From the NCBI RefSeq assembly GCF_009914755.1, contig NC_060931.1: a DNA stretch of 64,000 nucleotides; one strand, 5' to 3'. This DNA is from the human T2T-CHM13v2.0 reference genome, Homo sapiens. A model generated the notes under the pieces. The model was not told the DNA's origin. It saw only the letters and a list, made by a program, of their open reading frames with translations, and did no database searches. Position numbers and translations under genes: made by a program. This document shows, in pieces, positions 17,995 through 32,890 of the stretch. How positions within the stretch are numbered: the first letter of the stretch is position 1; every line of letters starts with the position of its first letter.

Positions 17995-18522
17995 TGACCC
18001 AGCAATCCCATTACTAGGTAAATACCCCAAGGATTATGAATCATTTTACTATAAAGATACATGCACATGTATGTTTATTGCGGCACTATTCACAATAGCA
18101 AAGACTTGGAACCAACCTAAATGTCCATCAACGATAGACTGGATAAAGAAAATGTGGCACATATACACCATGGAATACTATGCAGCCATAAAAAAGGATA
18201 AGTTCATGTCCTTTGCAGGGACATGGATGAAGCTGGAAACCATCATTCTCAGCAAACTAACACAAGGGAAGAAAACCAAACACCGCATGTTCTCACTCAT
18301 AGGTGGGAACTGAACAATGAGAACACATGGACACAGGGAGGGGAATATCACACACCGGGGACTGTCAGGGGGTGCGGGCTAGGGGAGGGATAGCATTAGG
18401 AGAAATACCTAATGTAGGTGACAGGTTGATGGGTGCAGAAAATCACCATGGCACATGTATACCTATGTAACAAACCTGCATGTTCTGCACATGTACCCCA
18501 GAACTTAAAGTATAATAAAAAA
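17995..18522 (+). mobile_element. 5'-truncated L1PA nested in the provirus
   Basis: ORF2 C-terminus and 3'UTR; TSD AGAATTTAATGACAAATGT at 17976-17994 and 18523-18541. Confidence 0.95.
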
Positions 18523-20533
18523 AGAATTTAATGACAAATGTATAAGTTTTGAAACATGATTTCTCTCTCCAGTCCTCATTTTTGTTAAAAAAAAAAATCA
18601 TCATAGGACTGAATGGTTTACAAAATAAATTTTAGTCTTATACTTGGCCTGATTATTTGCATAAAGTGCAGCAAGAATAATTCTTTCTAATTAGGCCTTT
18701 TAGATTGGCTTTGATGGAAGTTTGTTCCACAAGGAATCTCAGATAAGACCTTTTAAAACTGAGCCCAACCATGGGTTTGTATCCTCAAAACCCTGTGAGT
18801 TGGGTGATCCTTTCCTCTTAAGGTCCCATAATAAACTTGGAGCTCCTGGACCTGTTAGAAAGTGACATTCTTTACTGACCACAGGTCAAGAACCCTGTAC
18901 ACGGACTGCATAGACAAGGGTATGAGACCAGTTTCCTCACTGGGCTTTTATTGGCTCTGCAAGTCAAAATTGACTCCTTAAAGGGAAGCATACCCTTCCA
19001 GTCAAATCCTTGGTAAAATAACGACTTTCTCCAATTGTGTTCTGTTGCAAAAGAAAAATGGATTCTTATTGCACTGATGCAAACAACGATATTGCCATAA
19101 GAATATTCACAAATAGTTTCCAAATTCTAGAGGATTCAGGCAGAGAGAAACAAACGTGCTCCAAATTTTTATCACAGGAGTGTATAACTTACTTATTAAA
19201 GGCTGTAAATAGTTCAAAATAAGTTTCCTTGACTCTGAAAAAATAAAACAAGGATCAGAAATATTCCAAGCAAAGGTCAAAAAGATTTGCTTCAGCTTCC
19301 TGAGTTCAGTCCAGTTAGTTAATTCTTGTTTTGCTTGCTATTCATGAACATTTCAGCTCTTTATGAGTCCTATACATTTTCCTTTATTCCAGTGATACAA
19401 CCTCTAAAGTTATCAGAAGCCTGCATTTGAGAGCACCTGTTAAAGTTCTATAGCTCATTATAAACCATTTTTGAAAAGGATTAAAACAAGACAACAATTG
19501 TCTGTGAATAGCAAAATGTCCAGGATAGTTACTGTTAGAAACAACGATTGACAAAGAAGTTTGGTTATTTCCACGGTTTACAATAACCTAACATAACAAC
19601 CCTAATTACGATGGATAGCATATACTTGCACATTAGAATTTTAGATAATCCCATACAATTTTGGAACATATATTAGCATTATTCACCAAAATATAACCTA
19701 AAGAAGATTGAGCATCATTTTGGCAATCCCATGTACCTAAACATGTTAAATAATTCCTTTTACCTCTTTTCTGGACACTTCATGGGCCCTCTGAAGTATT
19801 CAAAAAGCCAGGTGTCAGGAAAGACAATTTTAAAACTTAAGGTCGATTTTGGGCAGCCTTTTAAATATGTTTAAAACACTTGATATTATGAAATAGAATT
19901 CCAGATTACCATAAGTTATTTATTTTGCCAAAAAGATGACTTCGAAATTTTAAATAATCAAAAATCTTTTATAATCCTTTAAAAATTTTGCCAAAGAGCA
20001 GATTAACGCCTTAGGAAACCTTGTTATGCTTTTATTTCAATGCTCAATTTACAGAAAAAACCATATAATACCCTTTTTTGAATTTAGTCAATACGTTCAC
20101 ACACAGAACCTCTTCTGCAAGATTGATTTCCGTAATTCTTCTACCCCTTCTTTGAACCTTCAGCTTTTTCCTGATTTAACTCAAAAAATCCTTTAATCCT
20201 TTAATCCTTAAAAACTTTAGGCAAAAGTTTACATTTCCATGCCTTCTTATAACCTTTTACTAAAAAATACATTTTACTGTTCTTACACACCTTGCATGCA
20301 AATCTATTTCTAGTAGTTTCAATTAACTCCTAGCTATTTTTAACTTTAAGGTAAAACTTGGTAAGTTGCTTTAATTGTGTGCTAACTGCAGCTAAGCTTT
20401 GCCCTCTTAGTTAAGGACGCGGTTAGTTCCTTACGTCCCCAGGTCTTACCAGTTGTGAAGCCAGAAAGTCAAATAGTTCTCAAAACCCAGAAGTCAGTTT
20501 GCAACCTCAAAACACTTAGCAAACCTTGCATCT

Positions 20534-21095
20534 TGAGGGACTAAGTGGCTAAGTTGGCTGGACTTCCTGGGTCCCTAGGGACTTCCCTAAGGGGATTTTT
20601 CCCCTAAGCCAAAATAAGTCACAGCTGCAAGCTAAGGGCTTGAAACGTCAACCAATCAAAGGGGACTTTCCCCTAAGCCAAAATGAGTCACAGCTGCAAG
20701 CTAAGGAATTGAAACTTCAACCAATCATATAGGGCGTTTAAGCTCTAGCTGCAGCCTGATGTTTTTAACCAATCAGGCCTGCCAACCCACAAGTGGATAG
20801 AACATAAGCTAATTCTATAGGACAGAAAAAGGAAAAGAGGAGGGGTCATAATGGGATATAAGCATAAGACACCCAAGCCAAAATCGGCAACCTTTCCAGG
20901 TCCCCTTCCACCACGTGGAAGCTTTATTTTCGCTTTAATAAGTCTTGCTACCGCACACTCATTGGGTCTGTGCGTTTCTCTAATCAAGCTGTAACACTCG
21001 CCGCTGCGGTCCACAGCTTCATTCCTTGAAGCCCGTGAGACCACGAACGCTTCAATCGAGAAAAACCTTTGATCTGAAGAAGACTTCTTGTCTCA
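20534..21095 (+). mobile_element. Solo LTR (ERV9/HERV-W-group-like) nested in the provirus
   Basis: TGAGGGAC...TCTCA with CATCT TSD (20529-20533, 21096-21100); U5-like GTAACACTCGCCGC...GAGACCACGAAC. Confidence 0.85.
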
Positions 21096-21870
21096 CATCT
21101 GACCTGCATTTAACCAATAATCTTTAAGGCTGTTTTTATTTCTCAAAGATTAAAGTCACGTGAACTGAAAGGTACCACAGCTTTTAACTTTCCTTAAAAA
21201 AATACTTGATCCAAGCACTTGTTTTTCTTTAGGGCAAATTAAGTAGAGCTCTTTTTACAGACGTTACACACAATACACACACAGAGAGACAGAAGAAAAC
21301 CCAGTCTTCACAAGATCCTTTTTCACAAGCAAAACTTTACAGAGTACAAACAGTGATAGTTGGGGGACCTGGCCTAGTAAAAAAAGTCTTCCAAAAGAAA
21401 AAAAAAAAACAACTTTAAAAGTTAACTGCTGACGGGGTAGAGAAGTGGAAGCAAAAAACAGTTTTTAAATGCCTGGAGAAGAACCTCTTATTCTTATGCA
21501 ACTGGTTCCTCCAGCAGGGAAAAAAGCTTAAGCTTAATTACTGTCCAATAGAGTTAAACCCCTTGGCCAGGGAAGGGGAAGACTGCAGCAGCAGTGCGTG
21601 GCTGGGAACCAGCCAGCCAGCTGTGCCGGACCCTTGGGCCATGCGTCCTAGGCCCAGCAGGGAACAGGCAGGGAATAGCGGGTGGAGGGGAGCTGCTGCT
21701 CACGGGTCCCTCCCAAAAAAGGAAAGAAAAGGCCATGAAAAGGCCCGGGAGTGACGGGGCGGGGTGGAGGGAGCGAAATGGTTTCCTCCATCCTCAGAAG
21801 TGTGAGGATGAAAAGGCTCAGAAGCAACAGTGAGAGTTTTTGAGTCCCCATTTCACTCACTGCTTCTCAA

Positions 21871-21888
21871 GCCCCACACTGGGAGCCA
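21871..21888 (-). other. Primer-binding site, tRNA-Lys(CUU)-like
   Basis: TGGCTCCCAGTGTGGGGC versus Lys PBS TGGCGCCCAACGTGGGGC (15/18), just inside the 5' LTR. Confidence 0.75.
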
Positions 21889-23016
21889 AAAATGTTACAG
21901 GACTTTTTTAGTTCAGCTAAAGACAGGGTCCTTGTCCGTCCCATAGCTATGAAAACTTAGTCTCATAGACAGTTTGAAGGGTGAGTAAGACAGGGTTTTA
22001 TTGGGTGAAAAGGGAAAAAACAGGGGAAACAGGGATCCTCTACAAGGTCAGAGTCCCTGCTAGAGAGCTTCCGGCCGGCAGCTTGAATTGCAGGTTCCAC
22101 ACAGGAAGAGGAGGAGCCAACTCCACCCCGCTGCAAAGGGTGCAGACTTCTGTGGCTCCGCCCCAGTGTGCAGGCCAGTTGGAGTTTCTCTGGGAACCCC
22201 ATCCTCCCTGGCTGTCTCAAATACATGGAAGATATACACTGATTCAGCCCAAAAAGGTGGGATATCTTCAAGTAGGGGCTTCCAGGTTATAGATAGATGC
22301 AGAGATTCTTCAATTTGCAAATGGTTAAAGGAAGAATACTCTGTAAAAATTCGGAGTCAGCAGAAAGGAATGTTTAAGATAAGAAATTCTGTTAACATGG
22401 GTCAGAGTGACGTATAGGGGTGTGTGACTTAACCATTGTCTGGCATGGCCTTAGGTTTTGTTTATAATTTGGTGTCTTATTGTCACAAACAGTTAATGTT
22501 ATGTTCTTTTTGTTGTTGTTGTTAATGTTATGATCTCTATTTTAGCATTAATGCCAGTCAGTTGTGCCTAAACTCCAAAAGGGAGGGGGTGTAACAAGGC
22601 GTGTTCCACCTCCCTTCCTGTCATGTCTGGGGATTCAATTTTTAAAGTTTCTCTGGGGTACTCTTGGCCAAGAGGGGGTCCGTTCAGTCAGTATGGAGCT
22701 TGGGATTTTATTTTTAGTTTACACTATATACCTATACCTATATCAATATATATCTTTAAAATCAGAAACTAAAAGTATTTAAAGTGGGCAATTATTTCAG
22801 CTAAGGAAAGGGGATTCCTGCTCATTCTTGGATCAGAGTGGGAATAAATTCCCAGGTGTGGTTGAAGTAAATGGGATGGCAAACCAGCCAACCCATGGGA
22901 CCCTAGACTGACTGGTGTATAAAATGATGATACAACCCCATCAAAATATTGATGTACCTGCATAAATGCATGGCTGCAAACTTTCACAAAAATGAACATA
23001 GGAAAATATAAATGTG

Positions 23017-23553
23017 TATCATGTACATATTTTTTCATTTTCTGTGTATTACAACGTTTTGACATCTTAAAATACTCTTTCTGAGTACAGACTGACTCTC
23101 CTGGGGCTAGCCAGTTCCTGGAGGTAACAGAGAACTTAGCTAGGAGCATGCCTTTGATATGCAAACTAACCAGCCGGAGCCATACCTCCTCTTCCATCCG
23201 AGGAGGAGGCAACATTATCTGCCTTATTACCCCAGGCCAGGTTCCGGGCAACTAGGGACCACCTTTTTGGTTTAGAGCCCACCGAAATGATTCAAACTAG
23301 CCAACTCTACACTGCCTCCCCTGCCTTGCCTTTCCGTTTCTGCAAAATCCAGAATAAAAATACTGGCTTTGACTTTCCTCGGCCAGTTGACCAAAACCCG
23401 GCACTTCCCCTGTGACCCTGATGATTTGCTGTGACCCCTGCTCTAGAACTTGGGAATATAACATACTTTGTTCTCTTGTGCCTCTCCTGTGTTCCCTCTT
23501 GTGGCTGCACCTGACTGACCATCACCTAAAAGAGGACAGAACAAAACACTTGA
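23017..23553 (+). mobile_element. ERVL-class LTR (MER74/MER54-like)
   Basis: TTTGACATC...GGGGCTAGCCAGTTCCT...ATATGCAAACTAACC, AATAAA; boundaries approximate. Confidence 0.6.
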
Positions 23554-23954
23554 CAGCTAGTGATAACCTTGAAAAAACAGAACTCAGCAGATGGAAGGAG
23601 AGAGCCCTACTGTATGAGCATCGTGTGCTGAGACCTGCTATTGACTCCCAGGTACGTTACACGTACAATCACTAAGCTCCAAAAACACACTACAAGGTAA
23701 GAATTACTATACTTCTGTTACAGATGAGAAAATTCGAGAATTAAAAAGGCAAAGTAAAACACCTAAGACTTCATAGCAAGTCTTATGAATTTTACACCAT
23801 CACACAGGATGTAAGAAATATAATCTGTTCTTACTTTCTAAATCAAGTTTAATTGAATTGCTGGCAGAGGATTCAGTCTCTGACACTGCTTGGGCTCCCT
23901 CACTGGCCCAGACTCCTACAGAAGTCTCAAGAGAATCATGTCATTCAAAATAGC

Positions 23955-24330
23955 ACTAATATCAGAGCTACAAAAGTTGATCTCATGGAGGTAGAGAGTA
24001 AAATGATAGACACCAAAGGCTGGAAAGGGAAGAAGGGAGGGAGAAATGAAGAGAGGTTTGAGTGAGTATGCAAACACAGTTAGATGGAAGGAATAAATTC
24101 TAGCATTCAGTAGCATGGTAGAGTGACCATAGTTACCAACAACTTATTGTATATTTCAAATTAGCTAGAAGAGAAGATTTGGGATGCTCTCAACACAAAG
24201 AAATGATAAATGTTTGAGTCAATAAATATCCCAATTACCCTGATTTGGTCACTACCCACTGTGTGCACACACCAAAATAACATATGTACCCCATAAATAT
24301 CTACAATTATTATGAACCAATTTTAAAAAA
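23955..24330 (+). mobile_element. L1MA 3' end fragment
   Basis: GATCTCATGGAGGTAGAGAGTA...GTACCCCATAAATAT L1MA-type 3'UTR. Confidence 0.75.
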
Positions 24331-25199
24331 TAGCTCCAAAATAGTTATTATAATCTTTAAGTCACACCAGTAACCAGAGATATGCTATTATTCAAAGCTC
24401 TATGATCTTTTGTCAATGGTACAGCACTAAAACATCTTCCCACAGACTGGGCACATTGGTGTATATTGATTAGTCCCCCCAGCACCCCGAATACTAGTCC
24501 CTTCTGAGGGCTGAGCAACCCTCCTCTCTCCAGCTCATGTTGTAAGGAAAGAACTCACTCCCATTCTTCTCCTCTTTAGAGACACTCTTCCCACATTAGC
24601 CCCTTCCAACCTATGTGCTATTCCTCAAACACTACATGCATTCAGAGATTACAACCACCAGAAACAACACAGTACAGGGAATAAGAGTAAGCATGGTGAT
24701 GATGGCAGGTTGGATCTAGGTGGCTGTAGTATCCACAAGTTAAAAATGCCCTTTGGTAGTATTGTATGCTACCTATATTACAGTTTTATATAAAAAGCCA
24801 TTCTACCAGATTCTTGTCTGTGGATTTAAAACTTAAGAACAAGAGACACTGGGGAAATTACATCTTAATCCAGCTCCTCACAGGTGCAGCCCATCACTCA
24901 ACCTCTGACTGTACATCAGGGCAGACATCAATGCACATCAATACATCAACAGATCCAAAAGTACATTTCAGGTACAGTATCTCATATGATCCCACTCTAT
25001 GACATTATGTTTGACACTTGGTCAGCACTGAATACATATTTGCTGTGTACATTCTGTAGGAAGTAGACATCAATGGGTGGTAAAAATGTAGGGAAATGAT
25101 GTGATTATACCTGTGCGTCATCAAAATCACTCACCAGGCAGAGGGACTTGATGTGGTAGATAGTAGAAGCAGAAAGACCAGAATATCTTTTAACATTTA

Positions 25200-26179
<980 letters not shown>

Positions 26180-27057
26180 TATAACCATATAAATATTTCA
26201 TTTATTATTTGTATTTGAAAATCTGGCAGTAACACCTATTGACAGCAAAAAGGGCCAGAATGCAAGAATTGGTTAACAAACACCAAGTTTGCAAATAGCC
26301 CCTTACTCAAAGGTGAGTCCAAAACATCATGGGCTCAGAGGCAGAGCCCTAAGGAAAAAGTAGATAGAATCAGGGAAGTGGAATGAGATTACCAAGTCTC
26401 AGAGGAGGAACAGATGACTGAAACTCTCTTTTAGTGAGACCAGGAGAATTTTTTTTAAACTTCTGTATCCCCAAATCAAATTGCAGACATGGTCTTTGAA
26501 TAAATATCCATAAGGAGAGAACAGGTTGACAAAATTTTAAAGATGCAGAATGAGATTTCTAAATTAGGAAAGTCACACAAGGAAACCCAAAATACAACAG
26601 AAGAGTTAAAACACAAATGATGGCAGAAAATGACAAATAAAATTTGCCCCCAATGAGTAAGTGATAGGAGCAACAAACCTGGCTAAATCTCCTAGGGTGT
26701 AAAAGTCTCCCAGGACAAAAGGGCAAAAATATGAAAGTTACAAGAGACTGTAGTCTATGCATGATATGCACAGAATGGAGATCTAATCAAAGAATCATGG
26801 ATTCTCTAAAGCAGGAAACAGACAAATGAACTTAGCAGCAAAAATTAAAGGCATGATTTAAGAAAACTTTCTTTAGCTGACAAAACATCAGATTATGCAG
26901 AAGGAAAAGCTACACAGTGTTTCAAGAAAAACAATCAACAAAAGTGATATATATCTAGACCCTTTCTAACCAAAACTCTGAATCATAAAAATAATCATCT
27001 AGGCAACAGAAGAAAAAAATGTCTGATTCTGAAAAATCGGAGTTAAGATGTATTGTA

Positions 27058-27350
<293 letters not shown>

Positions 27351-28120
27351 GATGTACTGTAGCTACTGGAAAAAGAAAGCAGAATTCAGAACTCATACAG
27401 AGAAAGTCATGTTCTAAAAAGACAAATGATAAATACCACTGAAATAAGTGAAATGCCGAGTTAGCCCTGCATAGCTGTGGTTTTTGTGTTCTGAGCACAA
27501 AACTGAATGCCCAGATCCAAAGTCCTGAGAAAGAATCTATGTGGTAAAAAAAATTCACATATTAGCAATAACCTAGGTTTATATCTAAAACCATTTAATC
27601 TATATAATATCATATCACTAATAAGTTATACTGTATAATATGTTAATCAATTTATATTATAAAATGGGAAGGGAAGGAAAAAAATGTTGAAAGCCCATAG
27701 ATTCTTCATCTTGAAGTAATGCTATTCGCTTCTCACTATCACAATAGAGAAACTGATGATAGAACACTTTTGAATTTGAAGGTAAATGTAAGCCTGAGTA
27801 AAGAGTAAGTGGCGGTAGCAAAATCACAGTGGCTTAGCACAGCAGAGGTTTAAGTCCAGTGTGATCTTCTGGTTGGATGATTCTTCTCAAGAACTTTGCT
27901 TCTTCTAACATATGGCTCCACCATCTGGGAGACTTTCACTTCCAGCCATACGGAGGAAGAAAGTTTGAAAGTCTTTGTTTCATATATTTTGTTAGGCTTT
28001 GTACATAGTTAAGGGGGGAGAATAAATCTGATTCCTGTTACTCCATCGTGATTGGCAACAGAAGACCAATCTTCTGCATGAGGAAGGTTGTGCTATTTCA
28101 TGACCAGGGCTGACATTCTA

Positions 28121-28821
<701 letters not shown>

Positions 28822-29059
28822 TTATCAATTGACTTGAAATGCATGAGTTAGCACAGCTGATACCATAAGGAAAAGAAGAATTATCCAGTTGAGCCCAACC
28901 CAAATTGCCAACACATAGGATTGTGAAAAAAACAAACAAACAAAAAAAACCCCAAATGGTTATAATATTAAACCACAAGTTTTGGGGAGGTTCTTGCACA
29001 GCAATAGATATCTGATACAAATAGTTATGTAGCATATTGATTTCAAAGCCAGTTTCTAG

Positions 29060-30315
29060 AGGGTCTTCTGTTGCCAATCACGATGGAGTAACAGGGATCA
29101 GATTTATTCTCTCCCCTTAACTATGTACAAAGCCTGACAAAATATATGAAACAAAGACTTTCAAACATCAGACAACAGGTAACACAGGTCAGTGGTCCCT
29201 GAGAGGAGAGAAACAAACCAAGTAAGCCCCATGATTGTTTCAGCTTAGTTCCTAGAGAGACTTTTTGGGCTTCAGTGCAGGAAAGAGAAACCCAAAGAAA
29301 CAGAGCCTGGCAGTCTCCCTGTGGTGAGGTGATAGGATGAGAATCAGTGAGGCCACAGAGGCTGGAAGTCACAGCACAAAGCACAGAGAGGAGGGAACTG
29401 CTTAGAGAGGAGGAAGCTGTGCAGGGAGAGCCCTGGAGATCCACAGCGGGTTCCCCTCAAACCTTCAGCTGAGTACTAATCAGTGCATGTGTGTGAGGAA
29501 CTACCCCAGGCTGGTGAAAGAACTTCCCAAGCGGATGGATTAGCAGAAAAATCCTGGGAACTCATACAGGATCAAGAATAGTTTGTATTTTTACCATCGA
29601 GAGTGAAACAACTATATTTAATATGTCCAAGTAGGCAGAGGAGAGAGCAGGCATGCTAAGGAGAGACACGGAGGGTATGAAAAAGATCCAAATTAAGCTC
29701 CTGAACATGAAAAATTAATGTCTGAGTCAAAAAATATATATGATGGGATTAACAGAAACTTGGAGACTAAAGAAGAAGATTGCAGTCTCCAATTGAAAGC
29801 ACAGCATTAGAAGGTATACAGAAGAGAAAAAAAGTTTAGAAAAATAAATGAAACATCGGGGACCTATGGAGCATAGCTGTGGTACACAGCTGCCCGACTT
29901 ACATGTAACTGAAGTCCCATGGAGGACTGGGGACTTATATTTAAAGAAACAATGGCTTCAATTTTCCCAATTTTGGTGAAAATATAAACCCACAGATCCA
30001 TAAAGTTCAATAACTCAGACACAAGAAACATGAAAAAATCTTTACCAAAGAACAACATATAATCAAATTGCTCAAAACCAGTGATAAAGGAAAAAATCTT
30101 GAAGCAGCTGGAGGAAAAAAGACACACTATGTACAGAGAAATAAAATTAAGAGTGACAGCTAACTTCTTGTTTGAAATAATACAAACTATTGCAAGCCAG
30201 GAGACAGTGGAACAATATCTTTAAAGTACTGACAGAAAAAAAACAAATAAAAAAATAACCTATCAACCTAGAATTTTATGCTTGGCAAAAATATCTTTCA
30301 CAAACAGAGGTGAAA
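29060..30315 (+). mobile_element. Old L1M 5'/ORF1 region
   Basis: Degenerate ORF1-like sequence (ATCAAATTGCTCAAAACC...CAACCTAGAATTTTATG); continues after 31814. Confidence 0.65.
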
Positions 30316-31813
30316 GTAATCTGAAGCGAAACAACAAAGCTTCAGGCATCACATTACCCAACTCTCAGTTATACTACAAGGCCATAGTAACCAAAACAAC
30401 ATGATACTGGTATAAAAATAGACACATAGATCAATGGAAGAACAGAATAGAGAACCCAGAAATAAAGCCACCTACTTAAAGTCAACTGATCTTTGACAAG
30501 TTGAAAAAAACATATGCTGGGGAAAGGAGACCCTATTCAATAAATTGTGCTGGGAAAATTGGATAGCCATATGCAGAATGAAACTGACCCATATCTCTCC
30601 TCATATACAAAAATTAACAAAAAATGGATTAAAGACTTAAATGGGAGACCTGAAACTATGAAAATTCTAGAAGAAAATCTACAAAAAACTTTCTGGACAT
30701 TGGCTTAGGCAAAGAATTCATGACTAAGACCTCAAAAGCAAATGCAATAAAAACAAAAGTAGACAAATCAGACTTGATTAAACTAAAAAGCTTCTTCACA
30801 GCAAAAGAAATAATCAACAGAGTAAACAAACAACCTAGGAATGGGAGAAAATATTTGCAAACTATTCATCCAACAAAGGACTAATATCCATAATCTACAA
30901 GGAACTCTAACAACTCAATAGAAAAAAAAAAGTCCATTTAAAAGTGGGCAAAGGACATAAACAGACATTTTGCAAAAGAAAACGTACAAACAGTCAATGA
31001 GCATATGAAAAAAATGTTCAATATCACTAATAATCAGAGAGATGCAAATTAAAACCACAATGAGATACCTACCATTTTATACCAATCAGAATGGCTATTA
31101 TTTAAAAGTCAAAAAATAACAGATGTTGGTGAAAATGCAGAGAAAAGGGAACACTTATATACTCTTAGTGGGAATGTAAACTAATATAAACTAATACAAT
31201 CTCTGTGGAGGTTAGAGATGCCTCAAATAACTGAAAATAGAACTACCATCTGATCCAGCAATCCCACTACTGGGTATCTAACCAAAGGAAAAGAAATCAC
31301 TATATCAAAAAGAGAATTGCACTTGCATATTCATTGCAGCACTATTCATAATAACAAAGATATAGAACCAATCTAAGTGTTCATCAATGGATGATTAGAT
31401 AAAGAAAAAGTGATACACACACACACGCACACGCACACACACAGACACACACACATCATGGAACACTACCCAGCCATAAAAAGAATGAAATAATGTCTTT
31501 TGCAGCAACATGGATGGAACTGGAGGCCATTATCTTAAGTAAAATACTTACAAACAGAAAGTCACATATCACACGTTCTCACTTGTAAGTAGGAGCTGAA
31601 TAATGTGCACACATAAACATAGAGAGTGGAGCGATAGATGTAGGAGACTCAGAAAGGTGAGAGGGTGGGAGGTGGGTGAGGGATAGAAATTACCTAATGG
31701 GTACAATGTACACTATTCAGGTGATGGGTCCACTAAAAGCCCAGACTTCACTGCTATGCAATATATCCATGTAACAAAACTGCACTTGTATCCTCTACAT
31801 TTATAAAAAGAAA
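30316..31813 (+). mobile_element. 5'-truncated L1PB/L1MA
   Basis: ORF2 3' part and 3'UTR; TSD AAACAGAG(G/A)TGAAA at 30302-30315 and 31814-31827. Confidence 0.9.
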
Positions 31814-32029
31814 AAACAGAGATGAAATAAAGACTCTTTCAGTCATACAAAGTCTGAAAGAACTCATCAACAATAGACCTACACTACAAGAAAATGAAGT
31901 AAACAGTTAGAGGGCATAAAATTGGAAGGAATAGAACGTCCATGTATATGGCTTAAACATTACGATTAGATGACAAAGAGTTTTGAATTGTGTCCCCAAA
32001 CAAAGTCCAACTAGTGTTGTTTAGGAGAC

Positions 32030-32890
32030 TTTGTCATGGTTTAAAAAGAGGTCAATAAATTAATTATCGAATATTCCTCCCCAAAAGATGTAACCTGGTC
32101 AGGTGCAGTGGCTCACACCAGTAATCTTAAGACTTTGGGAAGCTGAGGTGGGAGGGTAACTTGAGCCCAGGAGTTTGAGACCAGCCTGGACAACATGCCG
32201 AAACACCATCTTTACAAAAAATACAAAAATTAGCTGGGCATGGGGACACATACCTGTAGTCCTAGCTAATCAGGAGGCTGAGGTGGGAGGATCACCTGAC
32301 CCAGGAGGTTGAGGCTGTGGTGAGCCGTGATCATGCCACTTCACTCCAGCCTGGGTGACAAAGCAAGATCCAGTCTCAAAAACCAAAAAAAGAGGTAGCC
32401 TAATTTCCCTCCCTTTAAGTGAGTACTTAATGACTTGTTTCTAATGAGTAGAATGTGGCAGGAGTGATGATGTGTAACTTTTGAAACAAGATTATAAAAG
32501 GCATTATGGTTTCCTCCTTTCTCACTCTCTTGGATCCATCCCTTGAGTAGGAGTCACCTGCCATGTCATGAGGACACACTTAAGCACTCCTACAGAGAGG
32601 TCTGCATGGCAAGGGACTGAGACATTCTTACAGCAACCAGCACTGACTGATCAAGTATGTGAGGGGAGCCATCTTGAAAGCAGATTATTCATCCCCAGTC
32701 CAGCCTTCAGATGACTCCAGCTCTGGGTAACATCTTAACCATAACCATGATCATGAGATGCCTTGAGCTAGAACCATCCAATAAGCCATCCCTAGATTCC
32801 TGACACACTGAAATCATGAAATAATAAATGTATATTACTTAAGCCACTAAGTTTTGGGGTAATTTGTTATGTAGCTTTAGATAGTGAATA
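32030..32890 (+). mobile_element. MLT1-type MaLR LTR containing a + strand Alu (32097-32391)
   Basis: CCCCAGTCCAGCCTTCAGATGAC...AAGCCACTAAGTTTTGGGGTAATTTGTTATG; Alu TSD AAAAGA(T/G)GTA(A/G)CCT. Confidence 0.75.

Larger units (their letters stand above)
15633..22219 (-). mobile_element. ERV1 provirus, MER61-like LTRs plus internal region, non-coding
   Basis: Paired LTRs at 15633-15955 and 21892-22219 (TGAGACAGCCAGG on minus); AATA TSD at 15629-15632 and 22220-22223; PBS and PPT present. Confidence 0.88.
15164..22723 (-). mobile_element. MER4-type ERV1 LTR, split into pieces 15164-15270, about 15565-15632 and 22220-22723
   Basis: TGTTAACAGAAAAACC...GAGGTTTATTCTGAGCCAATATGAGTGACC; sequence resumes across the provirus as CAATA|CATGGAAGATATAC; ends TTTAGTTTACA. 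Confidence 0.75.

Noticed and set aside
20589-20727. Tandem repeat as a CRISPR-like array
   Set aside because: Only two adjacent units with no spacers, inside an LTR of a primate genome
15956-21870. Retroviral gag/pol/env coding capacity in the provirus
   Set aside because: No long ORF or recognisable retroviral protein motif in the six-frame track
22769-23251. 160-aa minus-strand ORF
   Set aside because: Half lies within an old LTR; no recognisable domain or splice context
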